The notes: a model not told the origin generated them from the sequence alone. Positions 12,501 to 25,393 are shown, numbered from the stretch's first letter. The stretch is DNA of 64,000 bases from Podarcis tiliguerta (GCA_965153285.1 OZ229113.1); one strand, 5' to 3'. Made by a program: numbers and translations.

Positions 12501-12665
12501 NNNNNNNNNNNNNNNNNNNNNNNNNNNNNNNNNNNNNNNNNNNNNNNNNNNNNNNNNNNNNNNNNNNNNNNNNNNNNNNNNNNNNNNNNNNNNNNNNNNN
12601 NNNNNNNNNNNNNNNNNNNNNNNNNNNNNNNNNNNNNNNNNNNNNNNNNNNNNNNNNNNNACTAA
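9567..12665 (+). CDS. PCDH9: Protocadherin-9 (delta-1 protocadherin), exon-2-encoded part: signal peptide, 7 extracellular cadherin repeats, TM helix, proximal cytoplasmic tail; last ~70 codons hidden by the N gap
   Basis: [41 protein letters not shown]... recognised as PCDH9; repeated PE / LDRE / DxD / DxNDNxP cadherin Ca2+-binding motifs; TM segment [24 protein letters not shown]; basic KKKKRKKRK tract; ...[10 protein letters not shown] just before the gap. End 12665 is the first in-frame TAA after the gap; the long-isoform splice donor should lie inside the gap (~12602). Confidence 0.97.
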   Translation: MDLRDFYLLAALIACLRLDSAVAQELIYTIREELPENVPIGNIPKDLNISHINAATGTSASLVYRLVSKAGDAPLVKVSSTTGEIFTTSNRIDRERLCAGAAYAEENECFFELEVVILPNDFFRLIKIKIIVKDTNDNAPMFPSPVINISIPENTLINSRFPIPSATDPDTGFNGVQHYELLNGQSVFGLDIVETPEGEKWPQLIVQQNLDREHKDTYVMKIKVEDGGTPQKSSTAILQVTVSDVNDNRPVFKESQMEVHIPENAPVGTSVIQLHATDADIGSNAEIRYIFGAQVAPATKRLFALNNTTGLVTVQRALDREETAIHKVTVLASDGSSTPARATVSINVTDVNDNPPNIDLRYIISPINGTVYLSEKDPINTKIALITVSDKDTDVNGKVICFIEREVPFHLKAVYDNQYLLETSSLLDYEGTKEFSFKIVASDSGKPSLNQTALVRVKLEDENDNPPIFSQPVIELSVSENNRRGLYLTTISATDEDSGKNADIVYQLGPNASFFDLDRKTGVLTASRVFDREEQERFIFTVTARDNGTPPLQSQAAVIVTVLDENDNSPKFTHNHFQFFVSENLPKYSTVGVITVTDADAGENKAVTLSILNDNENFVLDPYSGVIKSNVSFDREQQSSYTFDVKAIDGGQPPRSSTAKVTINVMDVNDNSPVVIYPPSNTSFKLVPLSAIPGSVVAEVFAVDVDTGMNAELKYTIVSGNNKGLFRIDPVTGNITLEEKPTPTDVGLHRLVVNISDLGYPKSLHTLVLVFLYVNDTAGNASYIYDLIRRTMETPLDRNIGDSSQPYQNEDYLTIMIAIVAGAMVVIVVIFVTVLVRCRHASRFKAAQRSKQGAEWMSPNQENKQNKKKKRKKRKSPKSSLLNFVTIEESKPEDAVHEPINGTISLPAELEEQSIGRFDWGTAPPTTFKPNSPDLAKHYKSASPQSAFHLKPDTPVSVKKXXXXXXXXXXXXXXXXXXXXXXXXXXXXXXXXXXXXXXXXXXXXXXXXXXXXXXXXXXXXXXXXXXXXXXXX
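12449..12660. other. Assembly gap / masked stretch of 212 N covering the end of PCDH9 exon 2
   Basis: Run of N directly visible. Confidence 0.99.
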
Positions 12666-13696
12666 AGTGCCAGGATATATTTTCTTTCACTGTAATTTTA
12701 GCTTAGTTATAATATGCATAGAGCAAAGCGGGGGAAATACCTGTCCCTTTAGTATCTTCTCTGGGGCAGGACTATGCATTTTTAGAATGAATATGATGGT
12801 CCAAAGTTGTAAGTTGCCAACTTTTTTTGTTTTAGAAAGAATGACATGCACACACTCACGTACAAGTTCATTCATGCATTCACATGGACACCTACCTACC
12901 TAGTCAGAGGTTAAAGGCAATTGTGTGAAGTTTGTCAAGAACATCTTAGTATAGAGGTTTACTGAAGAAGAAAACATATTTTTCAGTCTGCCAATTTCAA
13001 CTCAAAGGGAAAAATATATATCTACATATATATTGAACGTTTCAGGATTAAATGTGTTAGCTTCTGATAAAAGAAAAGTTGGTTACACATGAGGCTGGCT
13101 TAAGTTTCTTTTGTTTTTGCTTATTTCAAACTGATTTGGAACATTTGTAAGTTATTGTCGTTCAGGGGGTTAATTTTTGTCCTCACAAAGGCTCAAAGAT
13201 TGTGTTGCACTGTGTTTGTTTGGCAGGCTATAACTAAGCTATCAGGAAGTCTTCCTCTGTTTTGAATTACAACGATTTTTGTTGTACAGTAGTAAAGTTG
13301 TGTGTCTGTTAGACAAGAGGATTTTTGTTTTGTTTGTGTTTTGTTTTTTTAAAAAATGGCCAAAGTACACTTTCAGAACGAATGCATTTTGCTTTGAATA
13401 AAACATGAATTATGCAGAGAGAGAAATCACTCCATTGTAAATATGTTCTCATACTATAGTGCATAAGTGATCTGTCATTACTCATTTTTAAGCTGTGAAA
13501 CATGCCATATGAAAAAAGGATTAGGATGTTAGGAAAATTCATATTTCAACCAAATCCAGCATTAGGGGGTTTTTGGGGGGTGGGGGTATTGTTCCTTAGG
13601 TCAAATAATTCCTTGCTAATAAAGATTTAAATGCGGTGCTGTCTAATTCATTTCACTGGTGCTTGTCTTTTGCCACTAAATTAGAATGTCAGGATC

Positions 13697-13714
13697 GGCC
13701 TGTAGATGGCACTA
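13697..13714 (+). promoter_or_regulatory. Candidate CTCF-binding site
   Basis: GGCCTGTAGATGGCACTA fits the CTCF core CC(A/T)(C/G)(C/T)AG(A/G)(T/G)GGC(A/G)CTA; motif only. Confidence 0.5.
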
Positions 13715-16154
13715 AGGTACTATGTGGCTTAGGGCTGGCTAGCTGCCAGTCCTGCAGCAGATAAGAAAGGGGGGAGGGAAGGTTCAAACTGGTACTGAAG
13801 CCAAAGAAACCTTTTATTTAATGACAGTCGCACTGAAGCGACCGGTAGTTAAGCTAGCGTGTTTTGCAGTGGCTCCTTAGCGCTTAGTCTTCATTGCATC
13901 AATTGTCTAAGGCTTTAGCTGTCAAGCACATATCGCTGTTGGCATTATATTCTCTTGCGTTTTGGTGGATTGTTTGGGCTGATCACAGGGGCCATAGTCA
14001 AGAGAACAGGGCAAGATACTTTTTAATAGGTTTGTGCCAGGAGAGGTGAATGGTGACCATTCTTTAGCTTGAGTCATTTCCCCAGCTGTATGTTATGCTT
14101 CTCAAAATTGCATCTTGACTTTTGGACGTATCTTGGATAACAAGGCACTGTATTTAAAGCCCACACTTAGGAAGTATCTTGTTGAGGTAATGGTCCCCAG
14201 AACACTCAATAAATCCCTTAAAAGACATTTGAGGGGGAAATCTTCACACAGATATCTCCTTCAGAAGTATTTCAAAGCATCTTAGGCTCCTAAAATAACA
14301 TCCACGGTCATTTATGCACTTCCCTCCAGATAACAACAACAGAATCATGAAACTCACCAACCGTTAAACCTATGGATATCAGTAGAACTTGAGATTAGAT
14401 TGTGCTCTCCCCCTCTTTATAATCTTTTATTTTTGTTACTCAGATTTCTCACATTATTTTGATGTTAAGCGCTTCTGTTCCACTTTAGTTTTCATTTCCT
14501 GGGCTCTGTTACAAGAATGAGTCTTAACTTCTTTGAGGAGTCAAATGGAGATTAAGATCACAAATCCAAACCGATTTACCTGGCAGAGCATGTAAGCACC
14601 ACCCAAGAGACTCAAGGATTCAGGGTGAGGGAAAATTAAATGCAAAGTGTTCCTCTGTATCTTCTTTATTATTGTAAAAAAGAGAGAGGATAAACACTTG
14701 ACGTACAGTTTTAATTGCATCACAACTGTAAATGTGGATTTGCTATTTTTAATGATGCATAATTGGATTGTGATGAGGGCTGGATAAGATCCAAAGTGAT
14801 TCAGACAGCACCTTCTTTCACTGGTGGATCAGCAAGCTTTCAGATGGCACAGAACTCTTGGCTTATCAATAAATAAGGGTGCTCTCTAAGCTAGTGCGAT
14901 CCTGAACGTTCTTTGTCAGCAGCAACTAGGCAACCTTCATTTTAACCAATGGAAAGGTGACCATACGGTTTGAGGTGGCAATACTGCCCAGTGAGTCGTT
15001 AAATGGATGTTGGTTTACATGTCAAGGCGCTATATAAACACTAGATTCTCTGTTTCATAAAAGTTCTGTGCTGATACGCAATTAGAACCATCAGTATCGG
15101 GCTATAGATCAAAACTGGTACACTGTGACTGTGGTTTTCATTGAGTGTTGTAATTCATGATGCAAATCTCAACAGATAGTTTTGTTTTCAAAAGGTTTTG
15201 CTCAGGCCATTCATCAGTTTATGGGTTAGTAGTCCTAAAATACTGGCAAATAGCACAGTCCTCTTGAAGTGCACAGACCCCATTGAAATGAATGAAGAAG
15301 CTATTGCATAGCTCCTGTTTTAGTTCAATGGTGTTTCTGCGGGAGAAGTTGGCATGTTTTATACACTGTTATCAGGAGAAGAACGTCTTGGGTTCTTGGA
15401 GGGCAGCAGTAAGTGTCTTACTGCTTCCTTATTATTCTTGATAGTTTCTATTTTGGTCATTAGGTGGCTAAATATGGGGTGTAGCGCCATAGAAGAGTCT
15501 CCCAAGGCAACTTTGCAGAAGTGTATGGAAGCTATAGAAGAAAATGGCTGCACTCTTGTGTGGATCGGGTTTATTTCATTCCGACTTGTGCTGGAGAATT
15601 CACCACTATAGATTGAGCTGTATCTTTGCACCCACCTTTAAGTGAGCTGTATAATAAAGAAATGGAGCAGTCCCAAAATCGGCTGTCATTTTCCCACAGT
15701 TGCTCTGTTAGGAATATGCAAGAACACATCCTTTGCCTGGGTTAAGCTCAATAACGTAGCCCTGATTTAAGTAACCAGTCTGAGTATAGCTAACCACTAG
15801 GAGACAATGCAGTTTGTTTTGCTCTGAAGAACCTAACATTTGAAAATCATCCTTATTGTGAAGGGGGAAGATTTTTTTAGTACTGTTGGGTTTTATATTT
15901 TTTACCCCACATTCCTTTAAATAAGTCTTGCCTCGAAGCAGGCAATGTTCAGGTTGTTAGTGATTCCACCTGAGCCTTGGTCTATTGGATTGTTGTAAAT
16001 GAAAACATTTAAAAGAAAAGAAAAGCCCAGCCTAGAATCCTAGATGACATTGATTAATTAGAAGTAATGGACTGATCCTAAGATTTGCAAGACTAGCAAA
16101 TAAATACTCAGGATAAAGAATATTTAACAACAGAACTTCCTGAGCTGCGATGTT

Positions 16155-16193
16155 ATATTATTATTATTATTATTATTATTATTTATTATTATT
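16155..16193. repeat. (TTA)n microsatellite
   Basis: Directly visible. Confidence 0.9.
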
Positions 16194-16795
16194 CTGAATT
16201 CCTTCACAGAAATGTCAGCAAAGGTATTTAGAACTGGTATACCAATAATGTTAAATGCAAGTGTGTAAGTTTAAGAGCAGAACCTGAGGCCCTCTAGATG
16301 CATGGTAGCCGCAAAGAATTCTGTTGTCGTAAAGGAGAAGATGAATGCTTTGAGTAGAACAGGTCCTGAAGGATCGGAATTGCTGCTTTAGATGAAGCTG
16401 CACCAATTGAGCACATTGGCCAGAAGAGACCAGAAGCATTTCCTTCCATTTCCATCTTAAGCACAGTTTGTCAAGAACTGCTGTTAAGTTTTACGTAAAT
16501 TCTGCAAAATAACAGAAAGATGAACCAAGCTCTTCAGACTGGGTAAGGCTAATCTGAACACTCTGATTTTAGTCCCATGGAAAGGCAAAACCATCTTACA
16601 GGGCCTGAAATGGAATATTTCCCTTGATTTACGGCTCATGGGCAGTTGAGTGCAAATCCCGCAGGTTGCAAAGCAAGGATTCCAGCGCGGAGCGACAATG
16701 ATTAGGAACTGTATTAATTAGTCTTCATCATGTTTATTGGCACTAGGCCAACTGAGTACTTGAGCAATGTTGTCTCTCATAAAATATGATGGGGT

Positions 16796-16799
<4 letters not shown>

Positions 16800-16829
<30 letters not shown>
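16800..16829. repeat. (TA)n microsatellite
   Basis: Directly visible. Confidence 0.95.
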
Positions 16830-16833
<4 letters not shown>

Positions 16834-17169
16834 TAGAACCTTAAATAATTGTAGAGGAAACTATAAAATGAATATAGGGCTCCCTTAAGCAATGCAGAAA
16901 ATTCCTGACAAGAAGCTAGTGCTGTAGTTAACTAAGCTAAGAAGGCACAATCCCCTCCCAGGTGGCTTGTTGCACTGTGATTTATTTCCTTATATTTACT
17001 ATAAGAGCTGATAAACACCACCAAAACCTTTGTTAAGCATTCTCATAAAACTAAGATTGTAGGCAGAAAGAACAGTTGTGGAAAACCACAGTGGAACCGC
17101 ATTGTGTAAAGAAGCAGGCCCACACGTTCTGTCAATCAAAACATTTTGGTTTCATGATTTTGCCTATTT

Positions 17170-17510
17170 GCTTATTTTATTTGTTTAGCAAAAGTTACAT
17201 ACCACTTGATTGTCGTAAAACCTCTCAAGCAGATTACATGGAATAATAAAATTTACAGTAAAAAACAACAAAAAAAAAACATTTAAAGAATGGATATTTT
17301 TTTTAAAAAAAAAAAAAGATTAAAGCATTTCAACGTCTACATGTCTGGATAGATAGGCTTGCCTAAACTAAATTTGTTTAAGTGGGGCCCAAAAATCTTA
17401 CAGCAAAGGCGCCTGCATGACTCGCATAGGCAGGGCGTCCCAAGGTTGCCACACTAAAAGGCTGATGTCTTACAGCCGTGGAACAACCATTATGTCGCAT
17501 CCATAACTGT
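17170..17510 (-). mobile_element. Old L2 LINE 3' fragment
   Basis: Minus strand gives a decayed L2 C-terminus (QPFSVAT...) followed by a T-rich 3'UTR and L2-type tail. Confidence 0.55.
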
Positions 17511-19592
17511 TCCAGTTCTACATTGTTTAGTGAAGAATGGCAAAAATATGTTCTTGCATTATGTTGCTGCTGGTGTGTGTGCATAAGACTTGGGCAATGT
17601 GTTGCATTTTCAGTCTTGCCACAATTTTAAAACCTTACTCATTACTTCCATATACATATCTATGCGTGCGTGTGCGCACGCACAAACACAGATATATATA
17701 TGTGCAAGTAAGAAGTAAAGATTTTAAAATTGTGGTAAGACTGAAAATGCTGTACATTGCCCCATTCTTATATAACTTCTTTTTTAAAAAAAGGTAGCAG
17801 GTTTTGTTCAGCTGTCTAAAGAAATTCATCTCTGAGCTGAGACCAAGCATGGAAAATGTCTGCTGAAAAGATTTTCTTTTTTTCTTTTTTTTTTAAACGA
17901 AGTGAAAAGCATGTGAAAACAGGGGGTTGTAATGGAAATTGGAATATAACCTTAAGCGATAATACTACTTTCAATAGCAGCAGTAGAAATGCTAAGCAAG
18001 GCATTCAGTTTAAACTGCAAGAAGCTTCCTACTTCCCTTTTTTTTAATTCACTGGGGATTTTTTTTATGCATGTGGTGGTTTTTCTGTTGTGTGTATGAA
18101 TCATTAAGGTTTGTTTTTCCATTGAAGTGCAATGTATAACTTTCTTAAATTGCATCACGTGTGTGTGTGTGTCAGGGGGAGAGAGTAAGATGCTAAGAGT
18201 TCAGCGCTATCAGAGTTTTGTAATAGAGTTCCTTTGTGTATAGGGACAAGGAAGGATCTTCTAGTTACCATTTCAGATTTTCATTTTCAAAGGATATATT
18301 TTTCTGGCACAGCAAAACCATATCAGCCACACTTTATTGACAGCAGTTTTATTGTAGCTGGAGGCTTTACAGTAAGCTGTTTATTGCTGTTCCCTAACTC
18401 AGTTGACAGCAATTGAGGAATTAATTTCCTTGCCCCCAGTGTGCTTTCTTGGGTATAAACAACAGATGTTTAAGATATGAAAACAGTGACCCATTTACAT
18501 TTGACAACTTTTTAAATACACAGTTCTACTTGGCCTAAAATTAAGCGGAAATTTGGTTTGGGGCAGAATGAGATTCAACATGTTCAACATTTTCCGGGAC
18601 GAAGTGTTTTCCTCAACAGCAAAACAGAATTCTAGGATTTAATATTTCTGTGAAAAGTGATGTTCATAGTTGATGTTTATATTTGCTATAGACAGACAGC
18701 TATTACCTCCCCTCCCTTTGTTGCCCTATCTTTCCCACAGCCAATTTTAGATGGTAAACACCTTGGGATCAGCATCTTGATAGGTTTTCATGTTTTGCTT
18801 ATGTATAATTATTAATAATAGGCAGAGATGCACCTAGGTATTTTTCATCTGGGAGTAAACGGCAATAATTCCTGTGTAATCCATTGATCACGTTCTTTCT
18901 TGCTCTGCATCTTTCTTTATGTATCAGTTACTTTTCAGCCTGCATAAACTGCAAACCCCAACAGAGTACATAGAGACACCATAGTAATTCATATAAGATG
19001 TAGCATCTATTATCCCCCAAAGATCTTTCCACACTGTAGTCAGAAGTATCCTCGTCCTTCAGACTCAAAGATCCCTCTGCTCCTTTGCTCCAGCGCAGTT
19101 GTTGATTCAGTCAATTCTCAGTGGGACAGGATAACACTGAGGACTACTTTATATGCTAACATTTCCTACTTAGAAATAATGCCTGTAAGATGAATCTCCA
19201 CATATAGAAAACACGCATTTTTGTGATGCATGAAGTTTTTTCCTGCTGTTGCAAGCAAATGGATCAGGCAGCAACTAAGCACAATTGCCCAATTCCTACC
19301 CTCAAGATGGAAATAGTACTTGAGGTGTATTTTTTTACCAACTTACAGCACAATCTTATGCATGTTTACTTGGAAGCAAGTCTTGCTTTCTTGGAAATGT
19401 GTTTAGTATTTCAGCCTAAGGCAATCCTATGCTCCCTTACTTTGGGGTAAGTCCAGCGAACTAACACCAGTTAAACAGGCAGCAGTTTGGGCAGCATCTA
19501 AACCAATGGAATGAATTTGTATTGCCTGATGCCCCATTGCTTTGATAGAACAACTATATTGGGTTGGGTTGGAGAGCTCATGCATTTTCCTG

Positions 19593-19624
19593 GGTAAAGG
19601 TAAAGGTACCCCTGACCGTTAGGT
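19593..19624 (-). mobile_element. Extremely 5'-truncated Sauria SINE (3' tail only)
   Basis: ggtaaaggtaaaggtacccctgaccgttagg matches the (ACCTTT)n tail and adjacent 3' end of the full copy at 62187-62549. Confidence 0.7.
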
Positions 19625-21279
19625 ACTCTATGGTTATTCTTGATTCATCAGACCAAATGATGTAGCCTAGCAGGCTTGTATTGTTTGTAACCAGGTGCAT
19701 GACAAGCTTCCTGTTTTTGCAGCAAAATCAATAGCATTTTTTAACCATTGGAGGTCTACCTTATATGCTTCATGGGCTGTAGTTGGCATGATGAATTTCC
19801 TCCTGTATTGAAATGTATCAAGATGCACCAAAATTGATTCTCATGTCACACTGGGCCATTTTTTGCAAATATTATGCGTATTCCATAGTGCGTGTGAACA
19901 CTATAACTTGAGCTGGTCGCTTAGAAATGTCAGTTTCTGCAATCTTGGGTTTTCACTTGGCATTGACAAAGATCAGCACAGTGGACATAGCAAACGACTT
20001 CTGGGTCACATTGCGCACTGTTCACATTCATTCAAACATGAGGGCAGTCTCTGGATTGGCAGTGCTTTTCTAAAAAGAAAAATAATGTGAGAATTAGAAG
20101 TATTTCTCCTTCAAACAATCTTGATTTCACAAAGTGGGGCATGCGTGAATTACTTTTTAAAATTTATGTGAGATTGTGTGTGTGTCAGGATGTGTGACTG
20201 TATTCAGATGTGAGTCACCTGATTAGTAGGCAAGGGGTTCCATCTATATTTGAAATGTGAATTGGAATGCATATCTTGAAGCACTGCACTGTCTTGCGCT
20301 GTGCATGTACTTATGGTACCTTACTATACCTGGTTCAGGCCTAATGCATATACCAAAGAAACAAGGTCCATTGTATTCTTCTAATCAGAACATGCAGTAA
20401 TGTGTACTGTATAGCAACACCATCTTGTGAAATATAACTATTGCAACTAAAGTTATTTTGATGTCTAAAAGCTGGTTGCTCTGCAGCTTACCACTGAATT
20501 TCTTGAAACTTAAGTATTACACTATTCAATTTAATTGCATCACTGTACTTTCAAAGGAACCTAGGCACACCTTTTACTCAGTTGCGCACCATAGTTGAAA
20601 GCGGCAGCCAGTATTTCTATTCTAGCACCTAGTAACAGAAGGTTTCCTTAGAATCCTAACAATAAAAAGAAAAAAGATTCAGTAGTAAATACAAGTAGCT
20701 GTGTTTTCAAGCAGGGACTTCTAATTATAATAGCCCCCCTTTCTGTGTTTCTGCAAGAAGAAAAGCAAAGGAACTTAGTACTGTTGAATCAGATCTACAA
20801 ACACTCCCTGTTTATCACATATTTTGGGTTTGTCTGAAATTCCACTGTAGCGTGGCCTGAGATTCGAAAGTTAACTAAAGTAGTGCTGATTTGGAATAAT
20901 GTTTTATTTGGAATGTGCACGCAGTATTGGCAGAGTGATTAAATAAATCTTTGTTAGGCTGCAATGCAGACAACAATAATAGAGGTTTTGGGGTCAGGAC
21001 CTCAGCTGAGAAAAGAGCTGACCAGCTCAAGTTCCTCCTGTGCAAGTATTCTGTCCTACATTCTCCCTTCTCCCTGTAGTACAGCAGTGCATTGTTAAGG
21101 TGGCCTGTTTTAGATTTTCTGCATGTACAGCAAGGAGGGAGGCTTTTCCTCACTGGAAGTATTTACTTACGCAGAGCGCAGTCCAGCCAAAGTGCAGCAT
21201 TCTTAAGTCCCATTAATTTCAATAGGTAAGTTAAGCCCATCTCCCTTCCTGAAATCAATGCAGCTTAAGCTCTTTTCTG

Positions 21280-21580
21280 CCCCCCCCCCACCGCAGAGCG
21301 TCATGCTCTGTTTCCATGCTATTGCTTTCTCCTGATTCCCCTTCACACACACATGCTCATTACTCTCTTTTCCCCCTCTCAGAATTTACCTCCCCTCCCC
21401 AATTCCCACAAATGCTTTCCCTCCAAATTTCCCCTGAATGAACTGCTCCTTCCTCAGTTTCTCCCACCATATATTGTATTTTCTCAATCCCCAACGTCAA
21501 TTGTCCTCCCGCCTCCACTTCCCCAATTAATTGCTTCCTCTACCCAGTTCCTATTCCCCCCCCCCTCAGATTCCCTCCTT
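21280..21580. repeat. Pyrimidine/C-rich low-complexity tract
   Basis: Strong C/T skew with many CCCC runs. Confidence 0.7.
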
Positions 21581-22163
21581 GATTAACAAATACCTTTTGA
21601 AAAATCATCTTGCTCGATTACAGTGAGTTTTATTAATAGAAGGTGATAATCAAAATTCCAGACAAAAATGACACACAGTGTGATATGATCACAAGCAGTT
21701 GAGGGGTGGGGCTCCCTTTCCCAGAAATGACACAAAGTTCCAGCCCGCAGGAGATCCATTTTCTGAGAGACCCCCAAGATCTTCCATAGAGTCGCTGAAA
21801 TAATTTTGCCAGGGCACGCCAGTACTTATTTTAAGGCAATGAGCGATGTGACAATCCCACCCCACCCACCTGCTATTAATGCATGTGTCAGATATCTGCC
21901 TTCGTAGCAGAGGAACCAGAAGATGGGCAAAACCAAACATCTACAGCTGAGTGCATTTTCTTGTACGCACAACTGCAGCCAAGGGCAAAGCAAAAAACCA
22001 CCACGGGAAGCTGCCTGTCTGATCTGAACAGTGGATACAGAAGTTGGTCCTTGCATTGCAGCTGCTATAATTTCTTCTAAAAGCAGTGTTTTTGAAGGTT
22101 CTGTGAGAACTGTGGAAAGACCTATGGCTAATCAGTCCTTCTCAGCACTGCTGTGCCTGGAAA

Positions 22164-22239
<76 letters not shown>
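22164..22239. repeat. Compound microsatellite (TC)n(CA)n(GA)n
   Basis: Directly visible. Confidence 0.95.
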
Positions 22240-22243
<4 letters not shown>

Positions 22244-23007
22244 CAAATGAATATAGCAGGGTTGGGGAAATGCATAACTACTTAGAAGTATAGGTCTTCG
22301 AACAAATGCCTTAGCATTGTGTGAGTCTCCCGGACACCTCATCAGACATTTGTATTTGCGGTGTAATTCCTAAATACGAATTCGCCTTAGAAATCAGAGG
22401 CAGGAATGTGCCACTTCCCCAACCCAACTTTCCTTGTGAAATGTCATTAGACTTACCAACGTCTTTCTTTTTAGCTTCCCGCCATGTCATCAAAGGCTCA
22501 AACTCTCTCTACATTTTGCTTTGGACAAAAGTGGGGATATAAAATAAGGGATATGTGAGAGGTGCCCTATCCTGACAATTCTGCTAGTCTTCTGAAACTC
22601 TCTTAGCTCCCTTTTTGCCCAAGCAGGAATCTGTACAGATTTGCCTTGACATTTTGCTTCAGGCAAGTAGCAACTCTAATATTTTCTTCCAAAATGCACA
22701 GGAGGGGGAAAAGATCTTCCTCCAGCGTCAGGCAATGTGCCGCCTCCTACCAGTGGCTGGGAATCACATGTTGCACTCAGGTCTGTCTTTCAGGCTTCCC
22801 ATAGGCATCTTGCTGACCACTGTGATGAACAGGATGCTGGAACAGAGGCTGGTCCAGCAGGCTCTTCTCATCTATGCTTGAAATGAAAACCCTACACTTT
22901 ACATAGGAGCATAGGAAGTTGTCAGACTCTCCATCTAACAAAGGCTCGCTCAAGAGCTCCAGCATATAATCTAATACCTGATCCTTCCAAATGGAGGGAA
23001 TTGAAAC

Positions 23008-23122
23008 ATCATGGAATCACAGAATAGTAGAGTTGGAAGGGACCCCAAGGGGCATCTACTCCAACCCCAATGTAGCCCTCCAACCTCTTCTTAAAAACCT
23101 CCAAAGAAGGAGAGTCCACCAC
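23008..23122 (-). mobile_element. CR1 LINE 3' end fragment
   Basis: gaatcacagaatagtagagttggaagggacccc...ccaacctcttcttaaaaacctccaaagaaggagagtccaccac is the reverse CR1 3' terminus. Confidence 0.7.
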
Positions 23123-23338
23123 AAACAGCTCAGTGGGATATGGTCCCTCTTCTGGAACAGATGAGTCCGCCTGCCATTATTAACTAGCGCAAGAGTTGTG
23201 CATTTTGCTCTTGGCTACAAAATCCGAAATGCCACCTGAAAACATGTCAGTTAATTTCTCTTCGCTTTTGCTCCAGCACTTGATGGCAGATACCTAGACT
23301 CGTAAATTGGTTCTACTGAAAAAGCATTGGCCTTGTTG

Positions 23339-23480
23339 AGTTGGAATAGCTCAGCTGGTAGAGCATGAGGCTCTTAATTTCAAGGGTGTGAGTTTGATTC
23401 CCATGTTGGGCAAAAGATTCCTACATTGTAGGGGGTTGGACTAGATGACCCTTGCGATCCCTTCCAACTTGATTCTGTGA
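23339..23480 (+). mobile_element. tRNA-Lys(CTT)-derived SINE with CR1-type tail (Squam3-like)
   Basis: Head tagctcagctggtagagcatgaggctcttaat...gttgggca resembles tRNA-Lys(CTT) with a mutated B box; followed by gggggttggactagatgaccct...cccttccaac...gattctgtga. Confidence 0.8.
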
Positions 23481-23635
23481 GGGTATATAACATCTGTACA
23501 GCGTAGCAGCAGGTTTATACCTCTCCCGAACACTGCCCAGGTAATGTTAACATGGGATGCTCCATGAGGAGTGGGCTAGTCTCTCCCCTCAGACAGAGGC
23601 AGAAGGAGTACAAATCTGGTTTTCATGCATACAGA

Positions 23636-23973
23636 CAGAGCCATCTTTCCCACTGGTCTTAGTGGTTTGTTGCACCAGGGCGCTGGTTCTCAGGGGCACC
23701 CTAGTGAGTGGGGGAGCTGTGCGGCTTTGCCAGCAGCCTCCCCTTTCCCTGAACGCCTGCCAGCTGTGCCCTATGTGGCTTCCCAGGCTGCCTTCTCGGG
23801 CACCCCAATGCTGGAGAGCATGTCCACCAGCACATTTTCCTGCTTGATCTCCGCCGCCACGCCAGGGCGGTGGGGGAGGCAGAAGACATTTTCTACTGCC
23901 CCCTCCCTTGTTTTGGAGTTGCCAGGGGGTGCGCCAGAGGGATCTTTGCACCACAGGGCTGGAGACGGCCTTG
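23636..23973. mobile_element. Non-autonomous hAT-type DNA transposon
   Basis: Perfect 8-bp TSD CATACAGA (23628-23635 and 23974-23981); imperfect TIRs CAGAGCCATCT / AGACGGCCTTG. Confidence 0.8.
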
Positions 23974-24121
23974 CATACAGACTGCTGTGTGGAATGTCCA
24001 TATATCACATAAAAACCATATATGTGCTGACCTTTGGTTTCTACAGAAGGGTAGGTTTCCAGAACCTGTTCTTAATTTGTTTCAATTTCAAATGATACTG
24101 GTGGCAGGAACAAATTTCAGT

Positions 24122-24253
24122 GGGTTGGATCCAGATGTAGTTATGTTTCGAATACACCTATTAAAATCAGTGGGATAAATTAGTCATGATTAACTTAAAT
24201 GGCATTGGTTTTCTGTGGGTCTCCTCTAAGGATGTCTATGTCTGGATCCAACC
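24122..24253. mobile_element. Short palindromic interspersed element (MITE-like); relatives at ~51277-51395 and ~57224-57330
   Basis: Terminal inverted repeat GGTTGGATCCAGA / TCTGGATCCAACC with imperfect internal symmetry. Confidence 0.6.
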
Positions 24254-24388
24254 TGGTGCATGGGCAAGATTTGAAATTGCTTTCAGAATGTGACAACAGT
24301 AACCTGCAAATGTCTCTCATACTCAAGCTATCAGAATTCACCGTAGCAGGAGGTAGACTAGACATCAGTAAAAAGCTACAGCAGTAGA

Positions 24389-24391
<3 letters not shown>

Positions 24392-24422
<31 letters not shown>
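24392..24422. repeat. (GT)n microsatellite
   Basis: Directly visible. Confidence 0.95.
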
Positions 24423-24429
<7 letters not shown>

Positions 24430-25393
24430 AGGGAAACCAAGTGCCAGGGAAATAAATAAATAAACCCACATCTGCATCTGTCTAAGGATAGTAAACCTGG
24501 CCTGTTGAAATGTAATCTCTCATGTACTGTGGAGACAGACTTTTTTTTCTATTTGAGATTTCATCAGGTTTTATTTCAAAAAGCTGTTAAGTCTGTCAAA
24601 CATTTCAGTTTGAAAGAACGCTCCCACAGTTTTTTTTCTTTTGTTATTTGTATGCTACAAACGAAGCAGAATGTCAGTCACCAGAAATCCAGAATGAGGA
24701 GAGTGATATATGGTGCATTTTTAGTTTCATTTTTAACACCCCCCACCTTTTCTCCTGGTAACAGAGATTAATTTAAAAACCGACAAATAATAATATTGGA
24801 GCCCCCTTTCAGATGCTAATATAAATGTTTTTGGGGGTAGGATGGGGGAGATTGCATCTGCAGCCTCCATCATGTTCATAATAAGATCTGAAAAGAGATG
24901 GTGTGCACCAAATTTTATGTGGGGAGGTCTTCTCCACGTGACCAGGACCAGGACCTCTGCTTTTGCAGGAAGAAGTGTTCATGAAATGTCTGAAAGGCAC
25001 TTACAACGTGGTTAAATATAGATGGTAGAGGAACTCTTTTCTCTACCCTTACAAATCCTTAGATGTTTTGCCCAAGCAGAAACCTCCAGCTTTAGAACGT
25101 TGGACTTTTAATGGGCACCATGTTTGGGGGCTGCAACAAGTGATGTTTGAGCTGTGTTCTGCAGAATCCTGCAGCTCCTTAGAAGCTTATCTGGGTTGCT
25201 CAGTGAAAAGATCAATAATGGATAATGTTCTCCAAAAGCCTATTATTTGCCATTGCCTATTTCCCTTCATGCTTAACAGCACACACAGAATCCAGGGTAG
25301 GTGAACTGAGGGTGCCGTTGCTGCTTATTTGGGGCAATAGTGGGACCCAATAGCAATGGCCAGTGCTCTGTGTGAATTGAGAATGTGCTAGAA

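Noticed and set aside
23339-23412. tRNA-Lys(CTT) gene
   Set aside because: B box and stems are mutated and it continues into a CR1-type tail, so it is a SINE head.
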